In this document: positions 1-8,257 of the stretch, piece by piece
Layout of the letters: every line of letters starts with the position of its first letter
Position numbering within the stretch: the first letter of the stretch is position 1
NCBI GenBank assembly: GCA_963754565.1
Contig: CAVWGL010000009.1
Coordinates: 281,546 to 345,545 of the forward strand
Reading direction: 5' to 3'
DNA: 64,000 nt
Source: Vulcanimicrobiota bacterium
GTDB taxonomy: Bacteria; Vulcanimicrobiota; Vulcanimicrobiia; Vulcanimicrobiales; Vulcanimicrobiaceae
Notes under the pieces: model-generated
Databases searched by the model: none
Told to the model about the DNA's origin: nothing
Seen by the model: the letters and a program-made list of their open reading frames with translations, nothing else
Made by a program: the position numbers and the translations under genes

Positions 1-198
1 CCATGATCCCAACGCGTAGTCGAGTTACATTCCCGGCTTTGGCCAGCATCCGGCGCAGCTCCTTCAGTTTCCCAAGGCAGCGCCTCGCTTCTTACCCCCC
101 GCTTAGCCGGGTGGCTCGTCCAGCCGTTCGAGGATCCGTTGGCGGGCTAGTTCGGGGAACCCCACCCCCCACCTCGGCGGCCGGGGCCTTCGGTCTGC

Positions 199-360
199 TC
201 ATTCGCCGAGGGGCAAGGCATGACGGCTCACCCGCCGGCGTCGGCCGACTTGGCGCAGCACGGACCAGGGCTGGCGAACGGCCTGGCCGGCGCGGCGGTC
301 CTTGTGGGGCTTGCACAGCCGGCACCCCTTCCACGCCACGTGCGGGCTCTGCTTAGCCAT
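199..360 (-). CDS. small hypothetical protein, 53 aa (MAKQSPHVAWKGCRLCKPHKDRRAGQAV...)
   Basis: Hand-translated from the minus strand; it is below the ORF-track size cutoff. The ATG at 360 overlaps the stop of the upstream ORF by 8 nt. It has a CxxC motif and a basic tail. Confidence 0.3.
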   Translation of the reverse strand: MAKQSPHVAWKGCRLCKPHKDRRAGQAVRQPWSVLRQVGRRRRVSRHALPLGE

Positions 361-640
361 CTCCCGGGTCCTCGTCTACGACCTCGCCGCAGGCCGGGCA
401 GCTGAACACCAGCCAGCAGCAGTACGGGTCCTCCTCTTCGGTGCAATGGCGCTCCAGCACGGGCGCCGGCTCGCCGCACCGGGGGCATTGCCACGCCCGG
501 GGTTGCTCAAGCAATCGGCGCATACGCTCGGGCCGGCCCCGGATCTTGGCCACGACCTCGTCCAGGGCCTCTTGGCGCTCGGCCTCATAGGCGGCCCGGA
601 ACTCGGGGGTATTAGGTAGGCCCTCCCGGACCTGTCCCAC
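353..640 (-). CDS. small zinc-ribbon-like hypothetical protein (95 aa)
   Basis: ORF-track protein with paired CPRCG...CPACG motifs and protein-like composition. It lies in the same-strand gene string as 650..1464. Confidence 0.45.
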   Translation of the reverse strand: MGQVREGLPNTPEFRAAYEAERQEALDEVVAKIRGRPERMRRLLEQPRAWQCPRCGEPAPVLERHCTEEEDPYCCWLVFSCPACGEVVDEDPGDG

Positions 641-649
641 GGCTTGGTC

Positions 650-1231
650 CTAGTCAGCGCTAACGACCCCTTCGGCCCGACGGCCCGGGCGGCGGTCCCA
701 GTCTTCCAAGAAGGCGTCGACGGCCGACCGCAACCACAACGGGGTAGCCGCCAACTGGATGACCGGCTCGGGGAACCGCCCGTCGGACCGCAGTTCGTGG
801 AACCGCTGGCGCGACACACCCAGCGCCTCGACGACCTCTTGCGAGCCGAGCAGCTGAGGCAGCGGGCTCTGGCGCTGTTCGGCTTCGACTAGCTCGTCCC
901 ACACCGCTTCGAGGCGGACGATTGGCCACTTGGGCAGGCCAGCGCGTGCCGCCGCCTTGGCCACGAGCTTCTGGGCCTCGGCCACGGCTTTGGCCGACGA
1001 CTCCGCCGGGACCGTCAGCTGTACCGACCACGAGCACTCGCCCGCCGCAGCAACGGCCCCGTAATCAGCGAGCTGGTCCATCAGCTCGTCGGCACGGTCG
1101 CGCACCTCGTCCAGGCCCGGGCCTGCACCGGTCACCTGCAGCTCAGTGGTGTAAGGCCCGGGCGCCATCAGGTTGAGGACCACACGCTGGGGTGCTTGCG
1201 CTTCGAAATACACAGCCCAGTCGGTCATCAC
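650..1231 (-). CDS. DNA-binding protein with a C-terminal excisionase/MerR-like HTH; candidate antitoxin partner of the upstream HicA-like ORF
   Basis: The C-terminus LLGSQEVVEALGVSRQRFHELRSDGRFPEPV...PLWLRSAVDAFL resembles AlpA/excisionase-type HTH domains. Its start overlaps the stop of 1228..1464 in an ATGA arrangement. Confidence 0.55.
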   Translation of the reverse strand: MMTDWAVYFEAQAPQRVVLNLMAPGPYTTELQVTGAGPGLDEVRDRADELMDQLADYGAVAAAGECSWSVQLTVPAESSAKAVAEAQKLVAKAAARAGLPKWPIVRLEAVWDELVEAEQRQSPLPQLLGSQEVVEALGVSRQRFHELRSDGRFPEPVIQLAATPLWLRSAVDAFLEDWDRRPGRRAEGVVSAD

Positions 1232-1464
1232 GAGCCCTGTCTTCCCGGCGGCCAGACGCCGCCCGCCCGTCTGACCTGGGAGATGAAGTTCCGGAGGCCG
1301 CGCTGGTCGCTCGGCGTTTTCGGCACCGCGATCTGGCGTGCCCCACCCGGTGGGAACAGCTTCGGGTAGCCCTTGCCGCTGTTGTCGTACCGCCAGCCCT
1401 GGTTGCTCACAAGTTCGTCCACGATGGCCCGGTACTCCTTAAGGATTTCATTGCCAGGCTTCAT
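1228..1464 (-). CDS. HicA-like (YcfA-family) small protein, putative toxin
   Basis: 78 aa. The pattern L..NQGW....SGKGYPKLF.....IAVP.....RGL.N..SQVRRAGG follows the HicA layout (GW..GSH.kf...vP.H...gtl..ilkqaG), but the usual His is Tyr. It is translationally coupled to the downstream HTH protein. Confidence 0.45.
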   Translation of the reverse strand: MKPGNEILKEYRAIVDELVSNQGWRYDNSGKGYPKLFPPGGARQIAVPKTPSDQRGLRNFISQVRRAGGVWPPGRQGS

Positions 1465-1476
1465 CGTACCCTTTCC

Positions 1477-1523
1477 CTTGACAATCTGTCAAGATTACTA
1501 ATAAAGGGTGACAGACGTCAAGC
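1477..1523. promoter_or_regulatory. two related palindromic operator-like sites in a divergent promoter region
   Basis: CTTGAC-AATCT-GTCAAG is a perfect 6-bp-arm palindrome at 1477..1493. A related TGACAGACGTCAAG lies at about 1509..1523. Both sit between the divergent genes starting at 1464 (minus) and 1546 (plus). Confidence 0.4.
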
Positions 1524-1545
1524 ATTGAGGCGGGCTCAGGCCACA

Positions 1546-1779
1546 ATGGGGCCGATGGCCAAGTTCGAAGGCAAGAAGATCGTTATCGCCCGCGCCGTCC
1601 AGGAGCGGGACAACGAGCTCGGCGCCCGGCTGCTCGGGCCGCTCAGCATCGCTGAAGTCGAGGCGATGAGCGACGAAGAGATCGCCGCCGCCATCGGCAT
1701 CACCCTCGACGAGTCGTGGACCGACGAGGACCGGTTCTACATCCGCGAGGGGGCCAAGTGCTACAGCAACGGGTACTAG
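1546..1779 (+). CDS. hypothetical protein (77 aa)
   Basis: The internal ATG at 1546 of track ORF 1192..1779 is used, because the upstream part overlaps the opposite-strand gene. The acidic, protein-like sequence reads MGPMAKFEGKKIVIARAVQERDNELG... Confidence 0.5.
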   Translation: MGPMAKFEGKKIVIARAVQERDNELGARLLGPLSIAEVEAMSDEEIAAAIGITLDESWTDEDRFYIREGAKCYSNGY

Positions 1780-1906
1780 GGGGTCTCCGACGACAATTAG
1801 TGGAACGCGGGATGCCCATTTTACAAAAGCCCTGGTGGGCGCGCACGTCCCTACATAGCCGGCCCCCTCTTCCAGAGGCCCTAAGGCAATGGGGGGGGGC
1901 CTGTCA

Positions 1907-2284
1907 TTAGCCCAGCTGGACCGCTCCAGCGCTAGGCGTACTGGCCGGGCGCAGGTCCGCCCATGGGCTCGGCACCGCCGCCGAGCCGTCCCACTGCCAG
2001 TCGATGTCGCCCCACGTCACGCCGGGGTCGCCCCACTGGGCCAGAGGGGGCCGGACCCACGGGAACACGATCACCGTCCGGCCCTGGCCGTACAGGGATC
2101 CGTCGGGGTTGCGGGCAATTACGTCGATCACATAGGTGGTGGGGACCTGGTAGTCGTGGGGGCCGGCGGTGGTGGAGTCGGCCATGATGTCGACCACCTC
2201 GGGCGGCGAGAAGTCGCCCCAGCGGAACTCGCACGTGCCGCCGATGGGCAGGTCGAAGAGGCGGATCCTGAACATCGTGGCCAC
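1907..2284 (-). CDS. hypothetical protein (125 aa)
   Basis: The ORF-track protein MATMFRIRLFDLPIGGTCEFRWGDFSPPEVVD... has a balanced composition, unlike the overlapping Arg/Pro-rich shadow ORFs. Confidence 0.5.
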   Translation of the reverse strand: MATMFRIRLFDLPIGGTCEFRWGDFSPPEVVDIMADSTTAGPHDYQVPTTYVIDVIARNPDGSLYGQGRTVIVFPWVRPPLAQWGDPGVTWGDIDWQWDGSAAVPSPWADLRPASTPSAGAVQLG

Positions 2285-2428
2285 TGGGCAACCCTAACCC
2301 CGGCGGAGGGACCACGGTCTGCCCACACCGGCGGGTCCCGACTGGGCCATGGAGACGGATTGGCTCGTCGACGTGGGCACGACCCGTAGTTGTGGCAGCG
2401 CTCTGCGCGGTGAGCCAAGATTGCGGGC

Positions 2429-2890
2429 ATGACAACCACCATCGCCAAAAAATCAGCGCTTTCGCTGCTTATAGCAGCGGCAGCGGTCACCAGCTCCATG
2501 GCCGGCGAGGTGCCCGCAAACGCTGCGCCGGCCCCCAGCATCGTCGCCGTCTACCAACCGATCTCCGGCTCGGGGGGCTATGTCCTGTACTCGAACGGCA
2601 TGCTGAACGCTCAGCTTGGCGCCCCGTTCTACGGCGACGCCCGCAAGTCCGGCCTCACCAACTTCTCGGCTATGGCCCAGACCTATGGAGGGTACTGGCT
2701 CATCAACCGCGTCGGGAAGGTGTACACGTACGGCAGCACGTGCTTCCTCGGCGCCGTCGTCGGGCCGAAGACCGTCACCGGCCCCATCGTCGGGGCTATC
2801 GGTTTCGGACAGAAGGACTACGTCGGCGGGTTCAACGAGGTCAACTCGGCCGGCAAGTTGTTCCGCTTCGCCTGTCAGTTCGCCGGCTAG
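2429..2890 (+). CDS. secreted hypothetical protein
   Basis: The N-terminal signal-peptide-like segment MTTTIAKKSALSLLIAAAAVTSSMAGEVPANAAP is followed by a Gly/Tyr-rich mature part. Confidence 0.6.
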   Translation: MTTTIAKKSALSLLIAAAAVTSSMAGEVPANAAPAPSIVAVYQPISGSGGYVLYSNGMLNAQLGAPFYGDARKSGLTNFSAMAQTYGGYWLINRVGKVYTYGSTCFLGAVVGPKTVTGPIVGAIGFGQKDYVGGFNEVNSAGKLFRFACQFAG

Positions 2891-3516
2891 GCCCCCATCG
2901 CAGCCGGCCCGGATTTGGCGTTTAGCGGTTCTGAAGGCCCGGCCGCCACGACAAAGTGACCGCATCGGCGGCCGCCTCGAGGCGCCACCCAACCGGGAGC
3001 GAACATGCCAGCTCTCGCAAAGAGGCGAGGTCGAAGGCGGCGCCGGCGTTGTTTGCGACGTGGGGCTCGGGGGCGGCAATTGCCGCACTCCCGTTGGTCC
3101 TCGAGGTCGGGCGCGGTGCTTGGCGGCGGCAGCGTGTCGGCGACGGGGTGGCCGTTCAGCGCACCCACGGAGGCCTCCGACGACGTCACCACCTCGGGTG
3201 CGGTCGGCTGCAGCGGGGCCGTCTCAAGCGGGACCGGGGCGTGGCCGATGCTGGCCGGGCGCTCGCGCTTCAAGCGAGCGTGACGGGTGATCCCGCACGC
3301 CGGAGAGCAGGTGAACCGCACCTGTCCCGGACGTGCCGGCGGGAGGGGTACCCCGCATTCGCTGCAAGTCTCGGCGCTCGGGGCCGCCGTCGAGGCCTCC
3401 AGGGCAGTCACTTCGTCCTCCTCGTCGTGGTCGAGGTCGTTCAGGCCAGCTAAAAGACGATGTTGCTCCCTGATTGGTTTGTTGCGCCACTCGACCGGGA
3501 TTTCCGTCGTCGGCAT
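2887..3516 (-). CDS. hypothetical protein with a CxxC...CxxC zinc-ribbon motif
   Basis: Track ORF 2887..3591, with the start moved to ATG 3516 (MPTTEIPVEW) because the upstream part overlaps the end of the 3557..3808 frame. Motif: CSECGVPLPP...FTCSPACG. Confidence 0.4.
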   Translation of the reverse strand: MPTTEIPVEWRNKPIREQHRLLAGLNDLDHDEEDEVTALEASTAAPSAETCSECGVPLPPARPGQVRFTCSPACGITRHARLKRERPASIGHAPVPLETAPLQPTAPEVVTSSEASVGALNGHPVADTLPPPSTAPDLEDQRECGNCRPRAPRRKQRRRRLRPRLFARAGMFAPGWVAPRGGRRCGHFVVAAGPSEPLNAKSGPAAMGA

Positions 3517-3556
3517 CAGCCCCCACTTTTGCGCTTCACCACTCAGAGTGCAACCG

Positions 3557-3808
3557 CTACTGCCGGCTGCCCCAGGGCGGGGGAGCACCACCGCCAGGAA
3601 CGGGCGCCAAGTATGGCTTCGCTTCGGCGAGCTCGTCGATCGCTTTGTTCGCCAGCTCCCGGTCCAGGCGCCCGTCGGGGCCGACCAGGTCGGCGACGTC
3701 TAAGAAACACACCGCGTCGTGCCCGTTGATCAACCTCTTGGCGGCCAGGAGCTCCAGCTGCGCCTTGGCCAGTTCGGCTCCCTTTACTCTCGGTGGTAGT
3801 GGGCGTTT
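3557..3808 (-). other. 83-codon open frame in phase with the XRE gene, separated from it only by a TAA
   Basis: Hand translation gives KRPLPPRVKGAELAKAQLELLAAKRLINGHDAVCFLDVADLVGPDGRLDRELANKAIDELAEAKPYLAPVPGGGAPPPWGSRQ*. There is no ATG/GTG/TTG near its 5-prime end. It is the same frame as 3809..4111. Confidence 0.4.
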
Positions 3809-4081
3809 TTAGGAGGCCCTTGTTCTGACGCCAGCGGCAAGCGCGTCAAGAGAGAGGTCATCAAGGGAGAGCCCGAGAACACGGGCGAGGGCAACGACCG
3901 TGAAGAACGCCGGCGTCGGGATCCTTCCGGTTTCGATCTTGCGGAGCGTCTCCACCGAGATGCCAGCCGCCGATGCCACTTCGCCGAGAGTTGCCGGCCC
4001 CCGTGCATCGCGCAGAACGGCACCGAGGCGTCGACCGCGTTCGATCTCCCAAGGCTTCAGCGGGTCTCGGACCATGCCCAT
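3809..4081 (-). CDS. XRE-family helix-turn-helix transcriptional regulator
   Basis: LGAVLRDARGPATLGEVASAAGISVETLRKIETGRIPTPAFFTVVALARVLGLSLDDL is a typical Cro/C1-type HTH. The start is placed at ATG 4081 (or 4075) rather than 4111. Confidence 0.8.
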   Translation of the reverse strand: MGMVRDPLKPWEIERGRRLGAVLRDARGPATLGEVASAAGISVETLRKIETGRIPTPAFFTVVALARVLGLSLDDLSLDALAAGVRTRAS

Positions 4082-4105
4082 ATGATAATACCGGTATGAT
4101 AATAC
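4081..4105. promoter_or_regulatory. direct repeat TATGATAATAC x2 (14-bp period) in the XRE/map divergent promoter region
   Basis: Copies at 4081..4091 and 4095..4105 are read directly from the sequence. Each contains a -10-like GATAAT/TATTAT on one strand or the other. Confidence 0.4.
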
Positions 4106-4137
4106 AGGCAAGGGCGCTGAGGAGGCCGAGGACGAGG

Positions 4138-4905
4138 ATGGTCAAACTGAAGACGCCACGAGATATCGCCGTCCTGCGTGAGGCCGGTCGAGTGGTCGCC
4201 GAGGCGCTCGCGGCGGTGCGGGAACGGTCCGAGGTCGGCATCACCTTGTCAGAACTGGACCGCGTGGCCGCGAAGGTCATCGACAAGGCTGCAGCCACCC
4301 CCGCTTTCCTCGGCTATCACCCCTCGTGGCGCCCGACCCCGTTCCCGGGAGTGATCTGCGCCAGTATCAACGACGCCGTTGTCCACGGCATCCCCGGCCA
4401 CACTCGCCTGGCCGAGGGCGACCTGGTGAGCATCGACTGCGGGGCCTTCGTGCGCGGTTGGTGCGGCGACGCGGCGATCAGCTTCATCGTCGGAGCGCAG
4501 CGCCCGGCCGATGTCGAGCTGATCGCGGCGACCGACGCCGCCTTTGCGCGGGGCATACAGGCAGCCCAACCCGGATGCCAACTCGGTGATGTCGGCAGCG
4601 CCATTGGCACGCGGGCCCGTCAGGCTGGCTATGGGCTCCTGGCCGATCACGGGGGACATGGTGTCGGCCGAGCTATGCACGAGGACCCCTTCGTGTACAA
4701 CGAAGGCCGGCCCGGCCACGGACACCGGGTTCGACCAGGGCTGGTGATAGCCATCGAACCCATGCTCATCGCGGACGGAACTGACGACTACGTGACCGAC
4801 GGTGATGGATGGACTATCCGCACGGCCACCGGGAGCCGGGCGGCACACAGCGAGCACACGATCGCCATCACCGAGGACGGGCCCGTGGTCCTCACCGACC
4901 TGTAA
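4138..4905 (+). CDS. map: type I methionine aminopeptidase
   Basis: The ATG at 4138 follows GAGGAGGCCGAGGACGAGG. Full-length MetAP pattern: ...ICASINDAVVHGIP...GDLVSIDCGA...GWCGDAA...HGGHGVGRAMHEDP...IAIEPM...HSEHTIAIT. Confidence 0.93.
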   Translation: MVKLKTPRDIAVLREAGRVVAEALAAVRERSEVGITLSELDRVAAKVIDKAAATPAFLGYHPSWRPTPFPGVICASINDAVVHGIPGHTRLAEGDLVSIDCGAFVRGWCGDAAISFIVGAQRPADVELIAATDAAFARGIQAAQPGCQLGDVGSAIGTRARQAGYGLLADHGGHGVGRAMHEDPFVYNEGRPGHGHRVRPGLVIAIEPMLIADGTDDYVTDGDGWTIRTATGSRAAHSEHTIAITEDGPVVLTDL

Positions 4906-5240
4906 GGCCTTTCTGGTTCAGGGCCGCATGGACGCCGGGGCCCGAGAGTTGTACGCACCCGCGCAGGCTGCGCGTGCAGATCAGTGCGTGCCCGGGCGCC
5001 CGCCAGCGAGCGTCGTGCCCCATTCGGCGATCACGGATTCCTGGCCTGAGCAAACGAGTTTTCTGCCGGTGTGCACATAATCCGCCCGAAGCTCAATGAC
5101 AATTCAGGTCGCTCGTCATGTTCGCGATCGCCCCGGTACGGCGCTTGTTTGATCACCCCGTATAAGCACAGTTCGGGGGCGCCGCTACCCGGCACTTCGA
5201 GCCGAGGTAGGATTCTGAAGAGAAGGTTGCAGGACTGAGA

Positions 5241-5870
5241 GTGATGCGAACCGCTCGAAGCAACAAGCTGTATGCCACCCGGGTCGGACTGGCGCTTATC
5301 GCCGCGGCCCTGCTCTTTACAGCCTGCGGAAGCGGTTCGGCGTCGCCGGGAGTCGCGAGCGTCGGCTCGACCACGACGACGACTCAGTCGGCCTCTGCCG
5401 GCGCTGGTGGCGGTGGTGGTGGGGGGGTGGCGGCGAACGCAGGCAATGGCGCTCCCGGCGGCGGTCCACAATCGGTCATGGTCATGAGCGGCAACGGTGC
5501 CGACATGCTCAAGTACGCCCAGTGCATGCGCTCCCATGGTGTAGTCGACTTCCCCGACCCAAGCTCCAATGGCACGATCTTGGTTGGCGGCACCGTCTCC
5601 CAGTCCCCGCAGTACCCGGCGGCAGACGAGACGTGCCATAAACTGCTCCCCAACGGCGGCGTGCCCACCGCCGCGCAGCAGGCACAGGGCATCGCCCAGT
5701 TGCTCAAGTTCTCAGTGTGCATGCGCGCCCACGGCATCAGCGACTACCCCGACCCCACTTCGAACGGGATCCGGATCCCGATCAGAAAGGGCATGCCGAG
5801 CGACTTGGACCCGAACAACCCCCGGCTCCAGTCCGCCGAGAAGGCCTGCCAGCACCTCGCGCCTGGGTAA
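5241..5870 (+). CDS. lipoprotein with a duplicated Cys-containing motif
   Basis: Lipobox LLFTAC, then a Gly/Ser/Thr linker. The motif C-M-R-x-H-G-[VI]-x-D-[FY]-P-DP occurs twice (YAQCMRSHGVVDFPDP and FSVCMRAHGISDYPDP). Confidence 0.7.
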   Translation: MMRTARSNKLYATRVGLALIAAALLFTACGSGSASPGVASVGSTTTTTQSASAGAGGGGGGGVAANAGNGAPGGGPQSVMVMSGNGADMLKYAQCMRSHGVVDFPDPSSNGTILVGGTVSQSPQYPAADETCHKLLPNGGVPTAAQQAQGIAQLLKFSVCMRAHGISDYPDPTSNGIRIPIRKGMPSDLDPNNPRLQSAEKACQHLAPG

Positions 5871-5979
5871 CCGCTCGGCCCTTGAGTGGAGTCAGGTAGG
5901 ACTCTGCCCGGCGGGTTGTCCCCAGTCGGCCGCGAACAGGCAGCCGAGCTTGGGCGCCGGCGAACAAGTGACGGCCTAG

Positions 5980-6400
5980 CCGCCATCTTCAGCTCCGACC
6001 TGGCCCCGGTCGCTCGAAACGGCCCAAATCGCGTTCGCTAGCTCGGTGCCCATCCTCGCCGATTGGAGGCTACGGGAGTGCGACTACCGACGGTTGAACG
6101 GCGCGCCAGTCGCCGAAGTCCTCACCGACCGCTCGTCGCGCCTGGATGAGCCTTACCCGGGTGGTGAGAGCTGGCGACAGGCAACGTCACCGCGTGGCAC
6201 GGCTCCTGTCCGACCTCCCCCTTCGGTGGGAGGGACGCCGGGTGCTGGTCCTTGGCCATGTGGCCACTTACTGGGACCTCGAGTGCGCCCTGAATGCTGC
6301 GGAGCTTCGGTTACTGGTGCAAGGCAATTTTGACTGGCAAGAAGGCTGGGAGTTCTTGTTCGACGACAGCGCCGAGCAGGACCCCAGAGTTGCCGACTGA
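5980..6400 (+). pseudogene. histidine phosphatase (phosphoglycerate-mutase-like) remnant, N-terminally truncated and frameshifted
   Basis: ...SLETAQIAFASSVPILADWRLRECDYRRLNG...PGGESWRQ is in one frame. It continues as ...RVARLLSDLPLRWEGRRVLVLGHVATYWDL in another, with the switch near 6175. The RHG catalytic N-terminus is absent, and an in-frame stop lies at 5977. Confidence 0.55.
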
Positions 6401-6526
6401 GCTCTCCAATTGCCGCGCCATAAGTGGATCGTCTGGACAACCATTTACGGCGCCTGACAATTTGGACTTGATTATGAATATTCGGCCACGGATCCCTAGC
6501 CTAACGCAGCGTTTTTTGGCCTCCCT

Positions 6527-6677
6527 GCACATAATGACCGAGAGTTCGGCGACGATCGAAGCGTAATTATGTAACGACTTTTCAGGGTGAACTCACCGGA
6601 CCTGGGCGATCGCGAGCCGTCGTTGCGGCGCGCCGCGGCCCGTGCTTTCGAGGCGAGTTCGGGGGTCATTATGTGCC
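6527..6677. repeat. 151-bp segment bounded by 13-bp perfect inverted repeats
   Basis: GCACATAATGACC at 6527..6539 and GGTCATTATGTGC at 6665..6677. GAGTTCGG flanks both on the inside. The segment sits in a locally AT-richer non-coding stretch. Confidence 0.4.
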
Positions 6678-6756
6678 CTATTGTCGTGGGTGAACGGCTC
6701 GGCGGCCCAAACCACCTTAGCGCTTGAAATGGTTGCCAGATCGGTACCGTCATCAC

Positions 6757-7182
6757 CTACCGGGCCGCAGCTTGGGTCCTCGCTATCGGCCCGCTGAACC
6801 TCTTGATGGCTTCCTCGGTGACGGGGGTAAAGAGATTGACGAGGTTGCCGTCGGGATCGCGGAACAGGATGGAGCGGTTCCCCCAGGGCATGGTTGTTGG
6901 CTCCTGCACCCACTCGCTGACGAGGGTCTTGAGCCGATCGAATTCTTTGTCCACGTCATCGACGAGGAACTCGATGATCACGGTGTGGTTGTCCGCTGGG
7001 CGGGCCGAGTTGTTGAACAGCTCCGCCGTCTGAGTGTGGCCAAAGGCGATGGTGCAAGACGGCAGGTGCACCTCGGCGAAGACAGGCGCCGGCCAGACGG
7101 CCGGGACCCCGGTGACCTGCTCGTAGAAGCGGACCACCGGCTCGAGGTCGTCGCTGATCATGCGGATAGAGGCGAAGTCCAT
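6757..7182 (-). CDS. VOC (glyoxalase/bleomycin-resistance/dioxygenase) family protein
   Basis: 141 aa. The typical pattern is ...VVRFYEQVTG....IAFGH....IIEFLVDDVDKEFDRL....PWGNRSILFRDPDGNLVNLF. Confidence 0.85.
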   Translation of the reverse strand: MDFASIRMISDDLEPVVRFYEQVTGVPAVWPAPVFAEVHLPSCTIAFGHTQTAELFNNSARPADNHTVIIEFLVDDVDKEFDRLKTLVSEWVQEPTTMPWGNRSILFRDPDGNLVNLFTPVTEEAIKRFSGPIARTQAAAR

Positions 7183-7223
7183 GGCGTCGCCCTCCTCTCG
7201 TGTGTGATATGTTGTCGTATCGC

Positions 7224-7240
7224 TACGCTACCGTAGCGTA
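7224..7240. promoter_or_regulatory. 17-bp perfect palindrome, candidate TetR operator
   Basis: TACGCTAC-C-GTAGCGTA lies between the divergent VOC gene (start 7182) and the TetR gene (start 7361). Confidence 0.5.
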
Positions 7241-7360
7241 TCGAAGTAGTAGTCAACCCGAAAGACGAGGTCTCCATGGCGAAGACGAGCTCCGTCGAAG
7301 GCCGAGCGGGCTTCAGCCGAAGAAGCCGTCGACCCCCGTGTCCTCGTTTCCCGCGAGCGG

Positions 7361-7924
7361 GTGCTGACGACAACGCTCGACCTGCTGACAGAGGCCGGCC
7401 TGGATGAGCTCACCATCGACGACATATCCCGACGTTCGGGGGTGGCGAAGACCACCATCTATCGGCACTGGCCCAACCGGTCTGCGCTCGTAATTGACGC
7501 CTGCTCGCGGATGACCGACGGTGACGAAGCGCCGCCTGACACCGGTTCGCTCGAAGGCGACGTCAGGGCAATCTTGACGAACATCGCCGAGCTGCTCGGT
7601 ACCGCGCGGTGGTCGTCGATCGTGCCCTCGATCGTCGATGTTGCCGAACACGATCCCGCGTTCGCCGACATCCACAGCAGGATCCAACGCGGACACGCCG
7701 CTCCGCTGAGAACGGCACTCGACCGAGCAGCCCGTAGAGGGGAGATCCCGTCAACAGCTGACCGCGACGCCATCGCCGCCGCCCTGCTTGGGCCGCTGTT
7801 TTACCGCCGCTGGTTCTCACGAGAACCGATCGACGCAAAATTCCTGGACATGGTCATTCGAACCACCGTCGAGGGGCTCCGGCAGGACACTCGCCATCAG
7901 AAGCGAGAGCAGAGCCGCCGATAG
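7361..7924 (+). CDS. TetR/AcrR-family transcriptional regulator
   Basis: ...LDLLTEAGLDELTIDDISRRSGVAKTTIYRHWPNRSALV is a TetR HTH. GTG 7361 is the first start codon in the frame, so the N-terminus is short. Confidence 0.85.
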   Translation: MLTTTLDLLTEAGLDELTIDDISRRSGVAKTTIYRHWPNRSALVIDACSRMTDGDEAPPDTGSLEGDVRAILTNIAELLGTARWSSIVPSIVDVAEHDPAFADIHSRIQRGHAAPLRTALDRAARRGEIPSTADRDAIAAALLGPLFYRRWFSREPIDAKFLDMVIRTTVEGLRQDTRHQKREQSRR

Positions 7925-8257
7925 GCGCCGGCCTTGGCCGATTGGAAACGTCGGCAGCAACGGCGCCGATCTGGGCGCTCGCTGGGGCCTGGTGCCGCGA
8001 TCCCTACCCGTCCTAGCCTGAGGATGAGCCATCGCCACCCGAAATCCTCAGCGGTCATAAGGAATGTGCTGTCCTGACTGGCCAAGTCCCTTCGCCCGCC
8101 ACATACACTCTCGTCGTTATTCGCTGCGTCGAGACCTGCTAAGCGAGTCCGCCAGCCGCCCGATGATGGGCGTTCTGGGCGCGGTCGTCAGCCGAACTGG
8201 TACGCCTTTGCAACTGCGTTTCGTGTTTGTTTATCGGCAACTTTTCTGGAAATGCAG

